Shown one piece after another: positions 10,003 to 20,526 of a stretch of 34,941 nucleotides of DNA (positions are counted from its first letter, which is position 1; every line of letters starts with the position of its first letter). The notes under the pieces are model-generated. The model made no database searches, was not told the DNA's origin, and was given only the letters and a program-made list of their open reading frames with translations. Source of the stretch: a virus (Duplodnaviria > Heunggongvirae > Uroviricota > Caudoviricetes). The position numbers were made by a program, and so were the translations under genes. The stretch is from the IMG/VR virus record IMGVR_UViG_2681813316_000026; one strand, given 5' to 3'.

Positions 10003-10358
10003 TACTGGTAATCCCCTTCTTCACCGTGGAACTCAAGATCAACCGTGCCTTCTTCGGCATTATGGTTCGCTTCGCCGTGCAGCCAGGCGGACGACAATAC
10101 ATAGACCTGACCGTTCGCCAGCTCGGCAGTGATGGTCATCTCATCAGACGAGGTGATTTTGCTCACCGGAAAATTCTTCGGCACCTTGAAGGTCCCTTTG
10201 ACATAAGGCGCACGGTGAGTTTCCTTGCGGTCCACTGAACCGTCCAGGCCGATGATGTCATCATTGACCGTCCTGTTCATGGGCACCTCAATGCCGCCGG
10301 TCAGCGATAGCTGCTGACCGTCAATTTTGAAATAACAGGTTCCCCCGATACGGGCCAT
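10002..10358 (-). CDS. Tail tube protein (Mu gpM-like)
   Basis: 118-aa ORF directly downstream of the sheath gene with a 1-bp overlap. Confidence 0.75.
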   Translation of the reverse strand: MARIGGTCYFKIDGQQLSLTGGIEVPMNRTVNDDIIGLDGSVDRKETHRAPYVKGTFKVPKNFPVSKITSSDEMTITAELANGQVYVLSSAWLHGEANHNAEEGTVDLEFHGEEGDYQ

Positions 10359-11854
10359 TATGCAGACTCCTCTGAATACTGAAGACGGAACTGGTTAACC
10401 ACGGCAAAGACACGCAACTGGTTAACATAGTCAGGCGGGAACAGCGTGTTCAGGCGGTTCGGATCGCTGGCATCACGCTCCACAACCAGGTACTGCTTAA
10501 ACAGTTCGTAGTTTTCCACGATCCCCGCACGCTCAAGCTGACGGTAGGTTGCCAGCAGTTCCCCTTTGATCACCGCCGGTGTGACAATCGCCTGACCGGG
10601 ACCAAAGCGGGTACCGTCGCTGGCAAGCTTGTGACGCCCGTACTTACTGGTAATGACGGATTTCAGTTTGCGCAGCACATACGCGCTGGTATGCAGCGTC
10701 TCGCTGTCGAGGTAGCTGTTATCCGCAACACCGTAAGCGTTTTTCCTGTACGTGGTGACATCACGCTGAATGCGCAGCACCCCGCTTTCGACATACGCCG
10801 TTGCCACGCCATGAGACAGCAGGGTCTGTTGTTCGGTCATCGTGAACCGTTTCCCCTTCGGCGCAGGCAGCATCCCCACCAGCTCACCGGTCTGCGTGGG
10901 ACGTGCCGGATCGTTGCGAATAAACACCGCTGCGCGGGCGGTACGGCTTGCCGCCAGCTCGTCGGCAGGCGTCTGGGTCTCTTTTTCGTATCCCGCCAGG
11001 GTAATGTGCTGCTGGTTAAACTGGTCACCTGCGGTCACCAGTTCTGACAGCGTGCCGATCTTTGCCGTATACACATGACCATACAGCTGACGCGCATAGC
11101 TCCAGCGACCGCTGGTATCGTTCATCTCGGTCACCAGCGTGTTAACGGAGGCTGTGTCGTTGAACGGCAGGCCGATATAATCAAACGGCTCATCCGCCAT
11201 TGCAGCCACCGCGCCGGTGAGAACAGGAGCGCCCGTTCCGGCGGTACCCGTCGCCACGGCAATCTGTACGCCCGCTGGCAGCACTTCGCCCCCACCAAAG
11301 CCGTAGTAATTGAGGCTGACAGGAATTTCATTCCCGCAAAGCCCCTTATGACGCGCGGTCAGTGTGACCACGCCTGCCGAAGATGAGGCAGTAAACGGCA
11401 GGGTCGGAACGGCATTGATGGCATCCTGGATACTGCTGGCAATCGTCGCAACGTTATCGCCGTTGGTCACCGGTGCCTGCACGCGGGTACGTCCCACATA
11501 AACATTCACCGTGCCGGTTTCGGTTGCCGCGCCGGTCACCGTCAGCGTAACCGTTGCCGCCGCGCCCGTGGATTCAGGAACGGCAATCACATACAGCTCG
11601 CCAAACGGGTCGGTCTGGCGATAAGCCTCGACCATACGCGCCAGCTGACTTCCCGCACCACAAATCTGGCGTGCATAGTCTGCCGACGGCATCAGTACCA
11701 GACTGTTGGCAACAATCTCTGCACCGTTATTGGCATGACCAATCAGCAGCGATGCTCCGCTGTCCTGTGCAGTATTCGCCGCCTGATTATCCATTTCCGC
11801 ATAAAACAGCGGAACCAGCGTATTCGACGGAATGGTGTTAAAGCTTATCGTCAT
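10358..11854 (-). CDS. Tail sheath protein (contractile tail)
   Basis: 498-aa ORF with ATG at 11854, placed sheath-tube-chaperone-tape measure. Confidence 0.85.
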   Translation of the reverse strand: MTISFNTIPSNTLVPLFYAEMDNQAANTAQDSGASLLIGHANNGAEIVANSLVLMPSADYARQICGAGSQLARMVEAYRQTDPFGELYVIAVPESTGAAATVTLTVTGAATETGTVNVYVGRTRVQAPVTNGDNVATIASSIQDAINAVPTLPFTASSSAGVVTLTARHKGLCGNEIPVSLNYYGFGGGEVLPAGVQIAVATGTAGTGAPVLTGAVAAMADEPFDYIGLPFNDTASVNTLVTEMNDTSGRWSYARQLYGHVYTAKIGTLSELVTAGDQFNQQHITLAGYEKETQTPADELAASRTARAAVFIRNDPARPTQTGELVGMLPAPKGKRFTMTEQQTLLSHGVATAYVESGVLRIQRDVTTYRKNAYGVADNSYLDSETLHTSAYVLRKLKSVITSKYGRHKLASDGTRFGPGQAIVTPAVIKGELLATYRQLERAGIVENYELFKQYLVVERDASDPNRLNTLFPPDYVNQLRVFAVVNQFRLQYSEESA

Positions 11855-12008
11855 CGGTGTTCACCTTTTTATTCACGCGCCGGATATCACCCGCTACTTC
11901 ACGGCGCAGCCAGTAGTTGTTCTCGTCAACATTTCGCCCTTCGGCGGGCAAAAGGTCGCCGCGGGCAGGGTCAGGAACTGACCGCCCTTTAACAGGTTTG
12001 ACAAACAT
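11838..12008 (-). CDS. Small ORF (56 aa) between the tail-completion gene and the sheath gene
   Basis: ATG at 12008 preceded by GAGGA. Overlaps the sheath start. Not in the supplied track (below its length cut-off). Confidence 0.25.
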   Translation of the reverse strand: MFVKPVKGRSVPDPARGDLLPAEGRNVDENNYWLRREVAGDIRRVNKKVNTDDDKL

Positions 12009-12016
12009 GAGGATCC

Positions 12017-12577
12017 TCAGGAAGGAAGAGTTATTTCGGTGTGATGTTCGATATCGCCGTCAGGCCCGTTACCGGGCTCGAGATAATCAACATCAATCGC
12101 CAGCGTTTGCAGTTCATCCAGACTGTTCAGATCATCCTGCTGGCGGGTATCGTCTTCAGTCAGCTCGCTGATGACCGAAAAATCGAACTGATAAATCAGC
12201 TCATGACGATTCAGATCCAGCAGCGTGCCGCCGTCATAGGTAATCGGGTTACCGCACGCTTCCGGGTTCCAGCCCAGCAGGGCCTTAAAGAGCATCTGCC
12301 GGACATCGTCCACCACATCATACGAGGCAAACTGACCGCGCTCATCACGCCCGTTACTTAGTATGACAACCACGGAGAAGCCCTCTTTCAGCTCCTGCCA
12401 GTAGTCGGTCTGGCTTTTGTTTTCTCCCGGAGAGTCATCACCCGGTACCACATACGCCGCCGGGAGTCTCAGCTTTCCGACCTCCGGCAGATTTTTGAAC
12501 TGTGCCGCGCCTGCTACCCGGTTTTCAAAATACGGGCAGCGGGCACGCAGCGCAGCAATAACAGGCGTCAGTTTCAT
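12017..12577 (-). CDS. Putative tail completion / tail terminator protein (assigned by position)
   Basis: 186-aa ORF between the neck genes and the sheath. No family recognised with certainty. Confidence 0.45.
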   Translation of the reverse strand: MKLTPVIAALRARCPYFENRVAGAAQFKNLPEVGKLRLPAAYVVPGDDSPGENKSQTDYWQELKEGFSVVVILSNGRDERGQFASYDVVDDVRQMLFKALLGWNPEACGNPITYDGGTLLDLNRHELIYQFDFSVISELTEDDTRQQDDLNSLDELQTLAIDVDYLEPGNGPDGDIEHHTEITLPS

Positions 12578-13080
12578 CTGTGTCGTCGCTCCGGCTTCAG
12601 TGATTTACGCAATTCCCGCGCCAGAAAATAGCGTGTCCAGCTGCGGTTCTTTTCAAGCGTTTCCACCATGAAGTTATTACGTGGAGCCAGTCGCCAGCCG
12701 CTGCCACCGGATGCACCACGATGATGACTACGACGACGTTTTGCTCCTCCCCGGACACCAAAAAACAGAAATGCCGGATAGAAGTCACCAGAGATCATCC
12801 GGTTCCCCTTCCCGTTGCGCTGGTTAGGGGCAATGCGTGTCATAAAACCGGCTCGCTTTTTACTGGCTCTCGGCACCATATAACCAATCGAACGAGCCAA
12901 GCGTCCGGTCTGATAACCGGGGTTTTCACCTGGTGCCGACCGCGCACGGCGCATCACCAGCCGACGGGCATCACGCATATGACGCTGCCCAATCGTGACA
13001 AACGCCCGCCGGACACGGGCGCGGTTAAAGCGCATCTCGGCGGGCTGCTGAACATCAACGTGAAAAAAGGGAGTCGCCAT
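12574..13080 (-). CDS. Neck protein, HK97 gp10-like (putative)
   Basis: 168-aa basic protein in the head-tail joining block, coupled to both neighbours. Confidence 0.5.
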   Translation of the reverse strand: MATPFFHVDVQQPAEMRFNRARVRRAFVTIGQRHMRDARRLVMRRARSAPGENPGYQTGRLARSIGYMVPRASKKRAGFMTRIAPNQRNGKGNRMISGDFYPAFLFFGVRGGAKRRRSHHRGASGGSGWRLAPRNNFMVETLEKNRSWTRYFLARELRKSLKPERRHR

Positions 13081-13465
13081 TGCTGCCTCCGTGACTCTGC
13101 CTACATTCGCCCAGCTCCGTACACTCCAGCAGCAGAAAGCGCCGCGCCCCGTTCAGATCACGCTGACGTTTCACCCGGTACACACTGTCATCACAGACCA
13201 CCTCATAATCAGCAGTGATCCCCCGGCGGTAACGAATGGTGATGTAATGGGTGATGGCGTCCCCGGTCTGCGCGGTTTCCTGCCAGGTGGTGGCACTGGT
13301 CTGGATAACCTTCGCCCATGTCCGGAACGTAACCGGGTATTGAGGCTCCACGCCAAAGTTATCCGCGGGCATATCCACCCGCTGGCGGATCAGGACGCGT
13401 TTATTCAGTTCACCGGGGTCCGGCAGAATGTAGGTTGCGCTGGTCTGCGCCTGACGAATTTTCAT
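13055..13465 (-). CDS. Head-tail adaptor / head closure protein (putative)
   Basis: Position after the connector gene. The listed start is probably upstream of the true start. Confidence 0.5.
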   Translation of the reverse strand: MKIRQAQTSATYILPDPGELNKRVLIRQRVDMPADNFGVEPQYPVTFRTWAKVIQTSATTWQETAQTGDAITHYITIRYRRGITADYEVVCDDSVYRVKRQRDLNGARRFLLLECTELGECRQSHGGSNGDSLFSR

Positions 13466-13785
13466 TGCGGAAAGTACCTGTACGGGCCGACAAGCCAGCC
13501 AAAACTCTGCGGCATGTCGAGTTTCTCCACTTCCGTAACCGACGAGCGGTTTTCGTAAAAATGGCTGATAAGCATCAGCATCCCCAGACGAATATCATCC
13601 GGCAGGTGCAGCCCGTCCGGATCGCTGTCCGGAATGGTTTCATCCGGTGCATAGAGCTTCCGGTTCAGATACGTTTCCGTCCGCTTTTGTGCCGCACAGG
13701 CCAGCAGTTGCAGATGGCGGTCATCAGCATCGAAATCCTCATCCAGCCGGAGTTGGGCTTTAATCTCTTCCATTGTCAGAAGCAT
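13462..13785 (-). CDS. Head-tail connector protein (gp6-like)
   Basis: 107-aa acidic ORF just downstream of the capsid block. Confidence 0.55.
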   Translation of the reverse strand: MLLTMEEIKAQLRLDEDFDADDRHLQLLACAAQKRTETYLNRKLYAPDETIPDSDPDGLHLPDDIRLGMLMLISHFYENRSSVTEVEKLDMPQSFGWLVGPYRYFPQ

Positions 13786-13787
13786 AC

Positions 13788-13988
13788 TCAGCCCTCTTTA
13801 CTGGTCGTGGCTTTTTTCTCTTTTGCCGCTTTACTGCTTTTTGCACTGATTCCGCGCTCTGCTAACCCGGCCTGAAGTGCAATCTCCTGCACCCGGGCAG
13901 GAAGTGCCCCGTCGTCATACTCACCGGCCCGAATGACCTCAACACGCATACCGTCCGGTGACCATTTCAGATCTTGTTTCAGGATCAT
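13788..13988 (-). CDS. Small head-module protein (hypothetical)
   Basis: 66-aa ORF between the major capsid and connector genes, with a lysine-rich C-terminus. Confidence 0.4.
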   Translation of the reverse strand: MILKQDLKWSPDGMRVEVIRAGEYDDGALPARVQEIALQAGLAERGISAKSSKAAKEKKATTSKEG

Positions 13989-14037
13989 GATTCTTCACCC
14001 GTCAGAACAGGGGGCGCGGTTCCGCGCCCTTGAGTGA

Positions 14038-15243
14038 TTACGCCGCTGCAATCTTCAGCAGTTTGATGGCCTGCGAATCGACCAGCATCCCGCCGGTGCG
14101 CTTGGTGGTATAAAAACCGACAAACGGTTTATTGGTGTACGGGTCACGCAGAATGCGGGTGCCGATACGGTCAACGATGGTGTAACCCCGTTTGAAGTTA
14201 CCAAATGCAATGGCTTTCGCATCAGCGGCGATATCCGGCATCTGTTCGTTTTCAGCGATACCGTAACCCGCCAGAGAGGACGGCTGCCCCAGTTCCAGCC
14301 CCGGACGCCACAGATAGTTACCCTCGCTGTCTTTAAGCAGACGGATGGCAAACAGGCTGTTGTTGTTCATCATGAACTTCGCGCCAGTGCGGTGTGCCTT
14401 ACGCAGCGTGTAAATCAGTTTGATAATGGCGTCTGCGGTCACCGCGGTCGCTTCGCCGGATACAATATGCTGAAGTTTGCCGAACGCCCGGACCTTGTCG
14501 GTTTCATCAGTGGATTCATACGCCAGGAACCCTTTCGGCTTCTTGGTGCCATCGCCTGAGGTAAAGGCAATTTCTTCCTGTTCGGCAAATTCAGTTGCCA
14601 GCTCGCTGTTGATCCAGGCCTCCACGTTGAAGAAGGCATCGTCCAGCATTTTCTGGGTAGCCTGCGGGTTGCCGTAAATTTCCCCCATGAGAGGTTCAAT
14701 CAGCTCCAGTCTGGAGGTGGCAGTCTGGGATCGCGTATCCGTTTCCCCCACCCATCCGGAAGCCGTACCGCCCAGATTCACCAGTTTTTTGTAGTCGGAA
14801 CCGCCAACGGTGATCACCGTGGCTTCCTGACGCATCACCACTTCATCTTTCAGCAGGTTAAGAATGTTGCGATCCAGTTCTTCCGGCACGGCGTAGCCAC
14901 CGTCTTCATCGGTACCCACCTGCAATGCCTTACGCTCCAGATCGCGCAGACCGTCTTCACGGCCTTTACGCAGGAAGCCCACAAACGCCTCTTTATGCTC
15001 GGTGGCCAGTTTATTTTGCGCTCCACCAGCCGGACGTTTCAGCTCAAGCAGCTCTTTTTCAAGGTCGCTTTTGAGATTTTCCAGCTCGCTGAGTTTCCCG
15101 TTCAGGGTTTCCACCTGCCCGGCAAGCTTGCCTTTTTCCTGCTCAATCGCATCCACGCGCTTGTCGTTCTTTGCTTTGAAGTCGTCAAACTTCTGCTGCA
15201 GCTCCTGCGCGACCTGTTCGACATCTTTAATATCAACCGCCAT
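14038..15243 (-). CDS. Major capsid protein, HK97 family
   Basis: 401-aa ORF after the prohead protease, with an N-terminal coiled-coil delta domain. Confidence 0.85.
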   Translation of the reverse strand: MAVDIKDVEQVAQELQQKFDDFKAKNDKRVDAIEQEKGKLAGQVETLNGKLSELENLKSDLEKELLELKRPAGGAQNKLATEHKEAFVGFLRKGREDGLRDLERKALQVGTDEDGGYAVPEELDRNILNLLKDEVVMRQEATVITVGGSDYKKLVNLGGTASGWVGETDTRSQTATSRLELIEPLMGEIYGNPQATQKMLDDAFFNVEAWINSELATEFAEQEEIAFTSGDGTKKPKGFLAYESTDETDKVRAFGKLQHIVSGEATAVTADAIIKLIYTLRKAHRTGAKFMMNNNSLFAIRLLKDSEGNYLWRPGLELGQPSSLAGYGIAENEQMPDIAADAKAIAFGNFKRGYTIVDRIGTRILRDPYTNKPFVGFYTTKRTGGMLVDSQAIKLLKIAAA

Positions 15244-15257
15244 CGTATTTCTCCTGA

Positions 15258-15944
15258 TTAGAAGTTCAGATTTTTCAGTGCATTCAGTGCAGAGCCCACA
15301 TCCTCAGCGTCGCGCAGGGACAGTGCGCTATAGCCCCCGGCCATGAATGCTTTGGCCTGGGTGCGGGAGAGTCCGACATCACGCAGGACTCTTTCGATTT
15401 TTTTCTGTTCGGGGATTTCCCCGCGGGCCAGTGCGTTCTTGACGTCGCTGATCCGCGCCTCGTCGTTAGACGGGAACGTCACCAGGCTGACTTCCCAGAG
15501 GTCGATTTCTTTCAGCAGAAAGGCTTCTTTGCTCCGGTCGTATTCCCAGTCTTTCAGGACGTACCCAATAGAAAGGCCGGTTAACGAACCGGCCTTCATG
15601 TGTGCATGTGCGCGTTTTGCGAGGGGATCATCATCAATAAGCAACCGTCCCCTGACGTAAAGCCCGACATCGTCTTCCTTCATTTCGGTGTAAACACCGA
15701 TGGGTTCATCCATGCGGTGCTGCCAGAGCAGCGCAGGTAACGCTTTTCTGTCACTCCACGCCCGCAGGGAAGCAGCAAATGCCCCGGACATCACCACATC
15801 ATCGTGGCTGTCCTTTACACCAAAGACGGAGCCATACCCTTCAAACTCACCGGAGTCACTGACAGATTTCAGACTCAGCGGTACATCAAGACGTTGTTTC
15901 GTCTGCATTGGCGTTATCCTTCTGCTTACCGGCTTTACTGCCAT
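15258..15944 (-). CDS. Prohead maturation protease, HK97 family
   Basis: GEFEGYGSVFGVKDSHDD motif near the N-terminus. Overlaps the portal 3' end. True start may be the internal ATG at 15908. Confidence 0.8.
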   Translation of the reverse strand: MAVKPVSRRITPMQTKQRLDVPLSLKSVSDSGEFEGYGSVFGVKDSHDDVVMSGAFAASLRAWSDRKALPALLWQHRMDEPIGVYTEMKEDDVGLYVRGRLLIDDDPLAKRAHAHMKAGSLTGLSIGYVLKDWEYDRSKEAFLLKEIDLWEVSLVTFPSNDEARISDVKNALARGEIPEQKKIERVLRDVGLSRTQAKAFMAGGYSALSLRDAEDVGSALNALKNLNF

Positions 15945-17127
15945 CGGAGGGTTTCGTGGTCATGTTCATCGGTGTGAGATAGACATCACCACCGGGACGC
16001 GGATTCATATCTTCCAGGTCGCGGCAGTCATTGGGAGAGTAAATTCCCCAGTTGATCCCGGTGGCGTAGGCTTCAAAACGGGACTTCATATCCCCGCGCA
16101 GTAACGCCCCGGCGTTAAATTTGGCGTAATAAACGCCCTGCTTACTTTTTCGTACCAGTCCGGTGTTGATCCGCTGTTCGATGCGGGTCAGATACGGCAC
16201 CAGTGAATAGTTGATAAATCCCAGCCCCAGCTCTTCGATATTGTTGAAGGTGGCGCGATCGGTGTTCTGCACCATGTGCAACGGCACCCGGAACAGACGA
16301 CAGATTTCTTCAAGCTGAAACTTGCGGGTTTCCAGGAACTGGCTGTCCTCGGCGTTCAGCGCCATCGACTTCCAGTCCAGCCCCATCTCAAGGATCATCG
16401 GGCGGTGAGCATTGCCAAGCCCGGTGTGACGCTCCTCAAAATCTTTCTTCAGGCGCTCATAAGCCTGATCTGACAGCGTCTGCTCTGTACGCAACACACC
16501 CGACGTCACCGCGCCATTGCTGAACAGTCTGGCCCCGTGCTCTTCGGTCGCAGCTGCCAGCGATATTGCCTCGCGGGCATAGGCGATGGGATTCAGCCCC
16601 ACCAGTCCGTCCAGCGTCAGCGTGCGCACATGCCAGATATCCTCCTGGCTCAGTACATCCGTGGAGCCATCCGGGAATGTGACCTGATAGATCGGCTCCC
16701 AGCTACTGTTAAGCTTCGGTACCACACAGCCGGGATCGACGGGCAGCAGTTCAGCCACTTCGCCAAATGCTTTCACTTTGTAGGCGTAAAAGTTTCCCCG
16801 TAGGCACAGACAGGTGACCACCAGCTCCCAGAACTCCTGCGGCGTCATATAGCCATTGGGATGCGTGGAGATCAGTTTATGCAGACGTTCGCCGGTGGCT
16901 CTCTGTTTCAGGCTGCCGTTCAGGTGATACAGGTTGCAGGGCAACATCCCGACCGACTCCGCCAGCACCCTGACGCAGGAAAAAACCGCCGTCAGTCGCA
17001 TGGCCCGCTGGCTGCTGATCTGCTTTCCGGTATAGGTGTCATATGACAGCCCGATAGCATCCGCCAGCTCTGCTGGCGTGGTCACCGGTGCGTCACTTTT
17101 TCGTTGAAATAATCCCGAAAAGAACAC
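15886..17127 (-). CDS. Portal protein, HK97 family
   Basis: 413-aa ORF between terminase and protease. Confidence 0.85.
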   Translation of the reverse strand: MFFSGLFQRKSDAPVTTPAELADAIGLSYDTYTGKQISSQRAMRLTAVFSCVRVLAESVGMLPCNLYHLNGSLKQRATGERLHKLISTHPNGYMTPQEFWELVVTCLCLRGNFYAYKVKAFGEVAELLPVDPGCVVPKLNSSWEPIYQVTFPDGSTDVLSQEDIWHVRTLTLDGLVGLNPIAYAREAISLAAATEEHGARLFSNGAVTSGVLRTEQTLSDQAYERLKKDFEERHTGLGNAHRPMILEMGLDWKSMALNAEDSQFLETRKFQLEEICRLFRVPLHMVQNTDRATFNNIEELGLGFINYSLVPYLTRIEQRINTGLVRKSKQGVYYAKFNAGALLRGDMKSRFEAYATGINWGIYSPNDCRDLEDMNPRPGGDVYLTPMNMTTKPSDGSKAGKQKDNANADETTS

Positions 17128-17309
17128 TATTTACCTCCGCCGACAGACGGCTGTGTACGGTCGAGATATCGCGCCACCAGCCACGACCAGAACAGGCACA
17201 GCGCCCCGGCAACAACAAACCCCGCCGGGGGATAAATCAGCCAGGCACCATACGCCAGCAAAAGCGCACCCAGCACGCCCACCAGAGGCGCGAGAATCAG
17301 CATGATCAT
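17127..17309 (-). CDS. Small two-helix membrane protein (hypothetical)
   Basis: 60-aa hydrophobic ORF between terminase large subunit and portal. ATG at 17309 with a GAGGT ribosome-binding site. Confidence 0.45.
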   Translation of the reverse strand: MIMLILAPLVGVLGALLLAYGAWLIYPPAGFVVAGALCLFWSWLVARYLDRTQPSVGGGK

Positions 17310-17320
17310 AATTACCTCAG

Positions 17321-19054
17321 TTAAAGCGAGCGGATCCCATAGGACTCAATGTGGTCAGACAGCGTGTCTTCTTTCTCGTACAGCATGGCTCTGCCAACCG
17401 CCATAATCAGCGCAACTGCACCATCGATTTTGTTTTCCGCCTGCTCTTTGACGGGCTTCACCACATCATCGTTACCCGGAATGGTTTTGCCGACCACGTT
17501 GCCGATACACCAGGTCATGATGGGATTGCCATCATGATGAAAGCGCCCCGATTCAATTGCCGCTTCCAGCTCTTTCATCGGGTCGGACATGTTGGTGTAG
17601 TTCTGAATGATGGTGACGGGGTTCAGGTCTTCATCAGCAAGGTCATGTGAGAGCCCGGTCGCCCCGAAGGGGTCGATGGGTGACTCGCTGACCGGGCTGA
17701 TTTTGTTCGCCGCTTTGGCCTCTTCGAGGATGTAGCGATAATCCACCTCTGCACCATCGGTAACGGTCAGGACGCCCATTTCCACCCATTTCTGAAAGCG
17801 TTCGGCTGTCCGTCGATCTTCATTTTTCTCGACGCTGTACACCGTGTCATACGGTACCCAGAAACGCGGGGCCACACTGTAGTAATGCGTTTTACCGTCA
17901 ATCTCGCGGGTATAAAGTCGCGCCATGCTGTTCATATCCAGCTTACGCGCCAGGTCAAAGGCCAGAATGCACGGCTGCCCCTCGAACTGCTCAAGGGTCA
18001 GTGATTTATCCTCGCAGCTCTGCCAGCTTACCAGGTTGAAATACGCCGAACGCGCCGACACCCAGATATTGAGGTGTTTTGTTTTAAAGACGTTTGCCAG
18101 ACGGGCGTTATTTTTCGCACGCTGCTGCTGACTTAACAAAAATTCGCGATAAACCGACACGCCAATATTTGGATTGGCTTTTTCCAGCACCTGCGGGTCG
18201 GTCCAGTCATCACCTTCATCAACGGTATAGATGATCCCGAACAGTTCATCGTTGGGTACCGAACCGTTGAGCATCTCGATGACTTCCCGCCGTTTGTCGT
18301 AGCACGGCCCCTCAATGTTGTACCCGGCGGTAGTGATAGCCCACATCAGTGGCTGACGTCGCGCCCCCATCCCGGTAAGCATCGTGGTGTAAAGCGCATC
18401 TGTGGCGTGCTCGTGATATTCATCCACCACCGCACAGTGGGGTGATGAACCATCACCAGGGTTACCGATCAGCGGTTCAAAACGCGCACCATCCTCCGGA
18501 CGGTTCATGTTTGAGGCGTTAACCTCAATCCCGAACGCTTCCGTCAGCATGGGTGTGCGTTTACACATCAGTCGTGCCGGACGAAAGACTTCCCACGCCT
18601 GTTTCTCCGTCGTGGCACCGGAATACACTTCCGCGCCAAACTCGTTATCACAGGCAAAACAATAAAGGGCAACACCGGCAGAGATTGCCGATTTGCCGTT
18701 CTTACGGGGGATTTCGGTATACACCTCCCGGAAGCGGCGCAATCGGGAGCCTTTATTGACCCAGCCAAACGCACAGCAGATCACAAATAGCTGCCACGGC
18801 TCCAGCGTGATGGGCATCCGTTTAAATGCCCAATCACCCTTGGTGTGCGGCAACAGCTGAATAAATTTGGCGGCCCGTTCAGCCAGGTCCTTGTCGAAGC
18901 GGTAACGAAACGACTTACTTTTTTCCGCCATCAGGTCATCAAGATGGCGCTGGCAGGCCTGAATCACAAACTGGCAGGCCACAATCTTTCCGCGCACGAC
19001 ATCACGGGCATACTGATTGGCAGCATTTACGTTGGGGTAAGATTTCCGGCTCAT
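17321..19054 (-). CDS. Terminase large subunit
   Basis: 577-aa ORF with ATPase and nuclease regions, following the small subunit with a 4-bp overlap. Confidence 0.9.
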   Translation of the reverse strand: MSRKSYPNVNAANQYARDVVRGKIVACQFVIQACQRHLDDLMAEKSKSFRYRFDKDLAERAAKFIQLLPHTKGDWAFKRMPITLEPWQLFVICCAFGWVNKGSRLRRFREVYTEIPRKNGKSAISAGVALYCFACDNEFGAEVYSGATTEKQAWEVFRPARLMCKRTPMLTEAFGIEVNASNMNRPEDGARFEPLIGNPGDGSSPHCAVVDEYHEHATDALYTTMLTGMGARRQPLMWAITTAGYNIEGPCYDKRREVIEMLNGSVPNDELFGIIYTVDEGDDWTDPQVLEKANPNIGVSVYREFLLSQQQRAKNNARLANVFKTKHLNIWVSARSAYFNLVSWQSCEDKSLTLEQFEGQPCILAFDLARKLDMNSMARLYTREIDGKTHYYSVAPRFWVPYDTVYSVEKNEDRRTAERFQKWVEMGVLTVTDGAEVDYRYILEEAKAANKISPVSESPIDPFGATGLSHDLADEDLNPVTIIQNYTNMSDPMKELEAAIESGRFHHDGNPIMTWCIGNVVGKTIPGNDDVVKPVKEQAENKIDGAVALIMAVGRAMLYEKEDTLSDHIESYGIRSL

Positions 19055-19554
19055 GATTCGATGATTTTCAGAAACGGGTTAGTGGCTTTCTTCTGCCCCG
19101 CCAGGCCAATCAGACGCTGGCGGCTGCTGGGGCCGAGTCCGAGCATTGCCCCCGTGCTGCTCATCTCGGACTCCTGTTCTTTCTTGGCGGTCAGCTCCGG
19201 ATTTTTGACCATGCCGCCCATTGCACCGGTGATGGTGTTGCCCTGTCTGGCAATATTTTTCACGGCACGTCGCCAGAACTCATAGGCCACGCACCACCGC
19301 TCAAGCACTGCGAGGTCAGTCACGCACAGCAGGCCCTGACCGCAGAGTTCTTTGGTTGTCAGTTGCCACATGATCGTGGCGAGAGGAAGCTCTTCTTCAG
19401 CGAACCACTCCGGTGGCTCAACACCTTTGATGGGCGTAAAAACAGGTTCATCTTTGTTCAGGGCTCGCTTGCCGGGGTTTCCGGCCAGCGCCTTGCGCGC
19501 CGTTGGCTTAGGGCGACGCCCGGAACGCCCCGCCGTTCCAGCCATATGCGGCAC
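19051..19554 (-). CDS. Terminase small subunit (P27 family)
   Basis: N-terminal [26 protein letters not shown] matches the P27-family signature as recalled. Confidence 0.7.
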   Translation of the reverse strand: MPHMAGTAGRSGRRPKPTARKALAGNPGKRALNKDEPVFTPIKGVEPPEWFAEEELPLATIMWQLTTKELCGQGLLCVTDLAVLERWCVAYEFWRRAVKNIARQGNTITGAMGGMVKNPELTAKKEQESEMSSTGAMLGLGPSSRQRLIGLAGQKKATNPFLKIIES

Positions 19555-19670
19555 TCCTGGTTAAATTTCATTTTTCGCGGGTATAAAAAAACGATGGGGC
19601 GGGCAGTCCGGAAGACGTCAGGCTGCAGGGATTTGACCCGCCCCTCCCCTCAGACAGTTGAGAATTATTA
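19555..19670. other. Candidate cos / packaging-site region
   Basis: Intergenic segment between the HNH and small-terminase genes. Contains an 8-bp inverted repeat GGGGCGGG (19596-19603) / CCCGCCCC (19637-19644). Confidence 0.3.
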
Positions 19671-20021
19671 TCACTTTAACCGTTCACGGGCCGTCTTCGC
19701 CTTATGACACGGCCAGCACAGACTCTGCAGATTACTGTCAGCATCAGTGCCGCCATGCGCTTTAGGGATGATGTGGTCAACAGTTTTCGCCTCACGCACC
19801 ACACCAGCACGCAGACATAATTGACACAGGCCTTTGTCACGCTTCAGAACACGCGCGCGGATACTGTCCCACTTCGAACCGTAGCCGCGCTGATGACGGG
19901 ATTGTCCAGGTTTGTATTGCTTCCAGCCTTCGCTTTTGTGGCTTTCGCAGTAGCCTGAAGGGTCAGTAGTGGTATGGCGGCAGCCGCGAACACGGCAGGC
20001 TTTCGGGGTTCGTGGCGGCAT
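19671..20021 (-). CDS. HNH endonuclease (terminase-associated)
   Basis: Cysteine pairs flanking DHIIPKAHGGTDADSNLQSLCWPCH. Sits immediately upstream of terS. Confidence 0.85.
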   Translation of the reverse strand: MPPRTPKACRVRGCRHTTTDPSGYCESHKSEGWKQYKPGQSRHQRGYGSKWDSIRARVLKRDKGLCQLCLRAGVVREAKTVDHIIPKAHGGTDADSNLQSLCWPCHKAKTARERLK

Positions 20022-20071
20022 TAATGCTTCCCTTTAAGTTATTACGATGGAACAGACCATAGAAATGGCAA

Positions 20072-20094
20072 TAAAAAACCGCCCGGAGGCGGTT
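20072..20094 (-). terminator. Rho-independent terminator
   Basis: Minus-strand hairpin CCGCC-N4-GGCGG followed by TTTTTTTAT, between the 20114-20434 moron and the HNH gene. Confidence 0.55.
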
Positions 20095-20113
20095 CAATTA
20101 TCATCTCGATAAA

Positions 20114-20434
20114 CTAAATCAGATCACCAATGTATTTTGCACTAATTGAAATTTGCATCTGAGGCATTCCGACCACAGATCCATTTAACAGGTAATCACG
20201 TCCTCGTTCCTGCAAAGAAAGACTCAATTCAAAGTTCTTTACCCCAGGGAAAACCGAGGTGACATTTAAATCATGCTGCGATACGCGCAGAATAAGTTGG
20301 CTACCGTCAATTTTTCCCTGATACGTAAAACCAAAATCTCCGCCGTTTACTGCATTGTTTTTGACAACTACGGTACCATTACCAAAATCACGTTGATTGC
20401 TTCTGAAAACAACAAAATAGATACCATCTTTCAT
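20114..20434 (-). CDS. Moron: small AT-rich hypothetical protein downstream of the lysis cassette
   Basis: 106-aa ORF with an ATG start, low GC, and its own terminator. Confidence 0.5.
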   Translation of the reverse strand: MKDGIYFVVFRSNQRDFGNGTVVVKNNAVNGGDFGFTYQGKIDGSQLILRVSQHDLNVTSVFPGVKNFELSLSLQERGRDYLLNGSVVGMPQMQISISAKYIGDLI

Positions 20435-20526
20435 GTGTAAAGCCCTTTAAAAGAGTCACCAAAATCAGGTGCTTTGTATCTATTGGGCCATCACATATCA
20501 AATCAAGGAACAAAACAAAGTTAACA

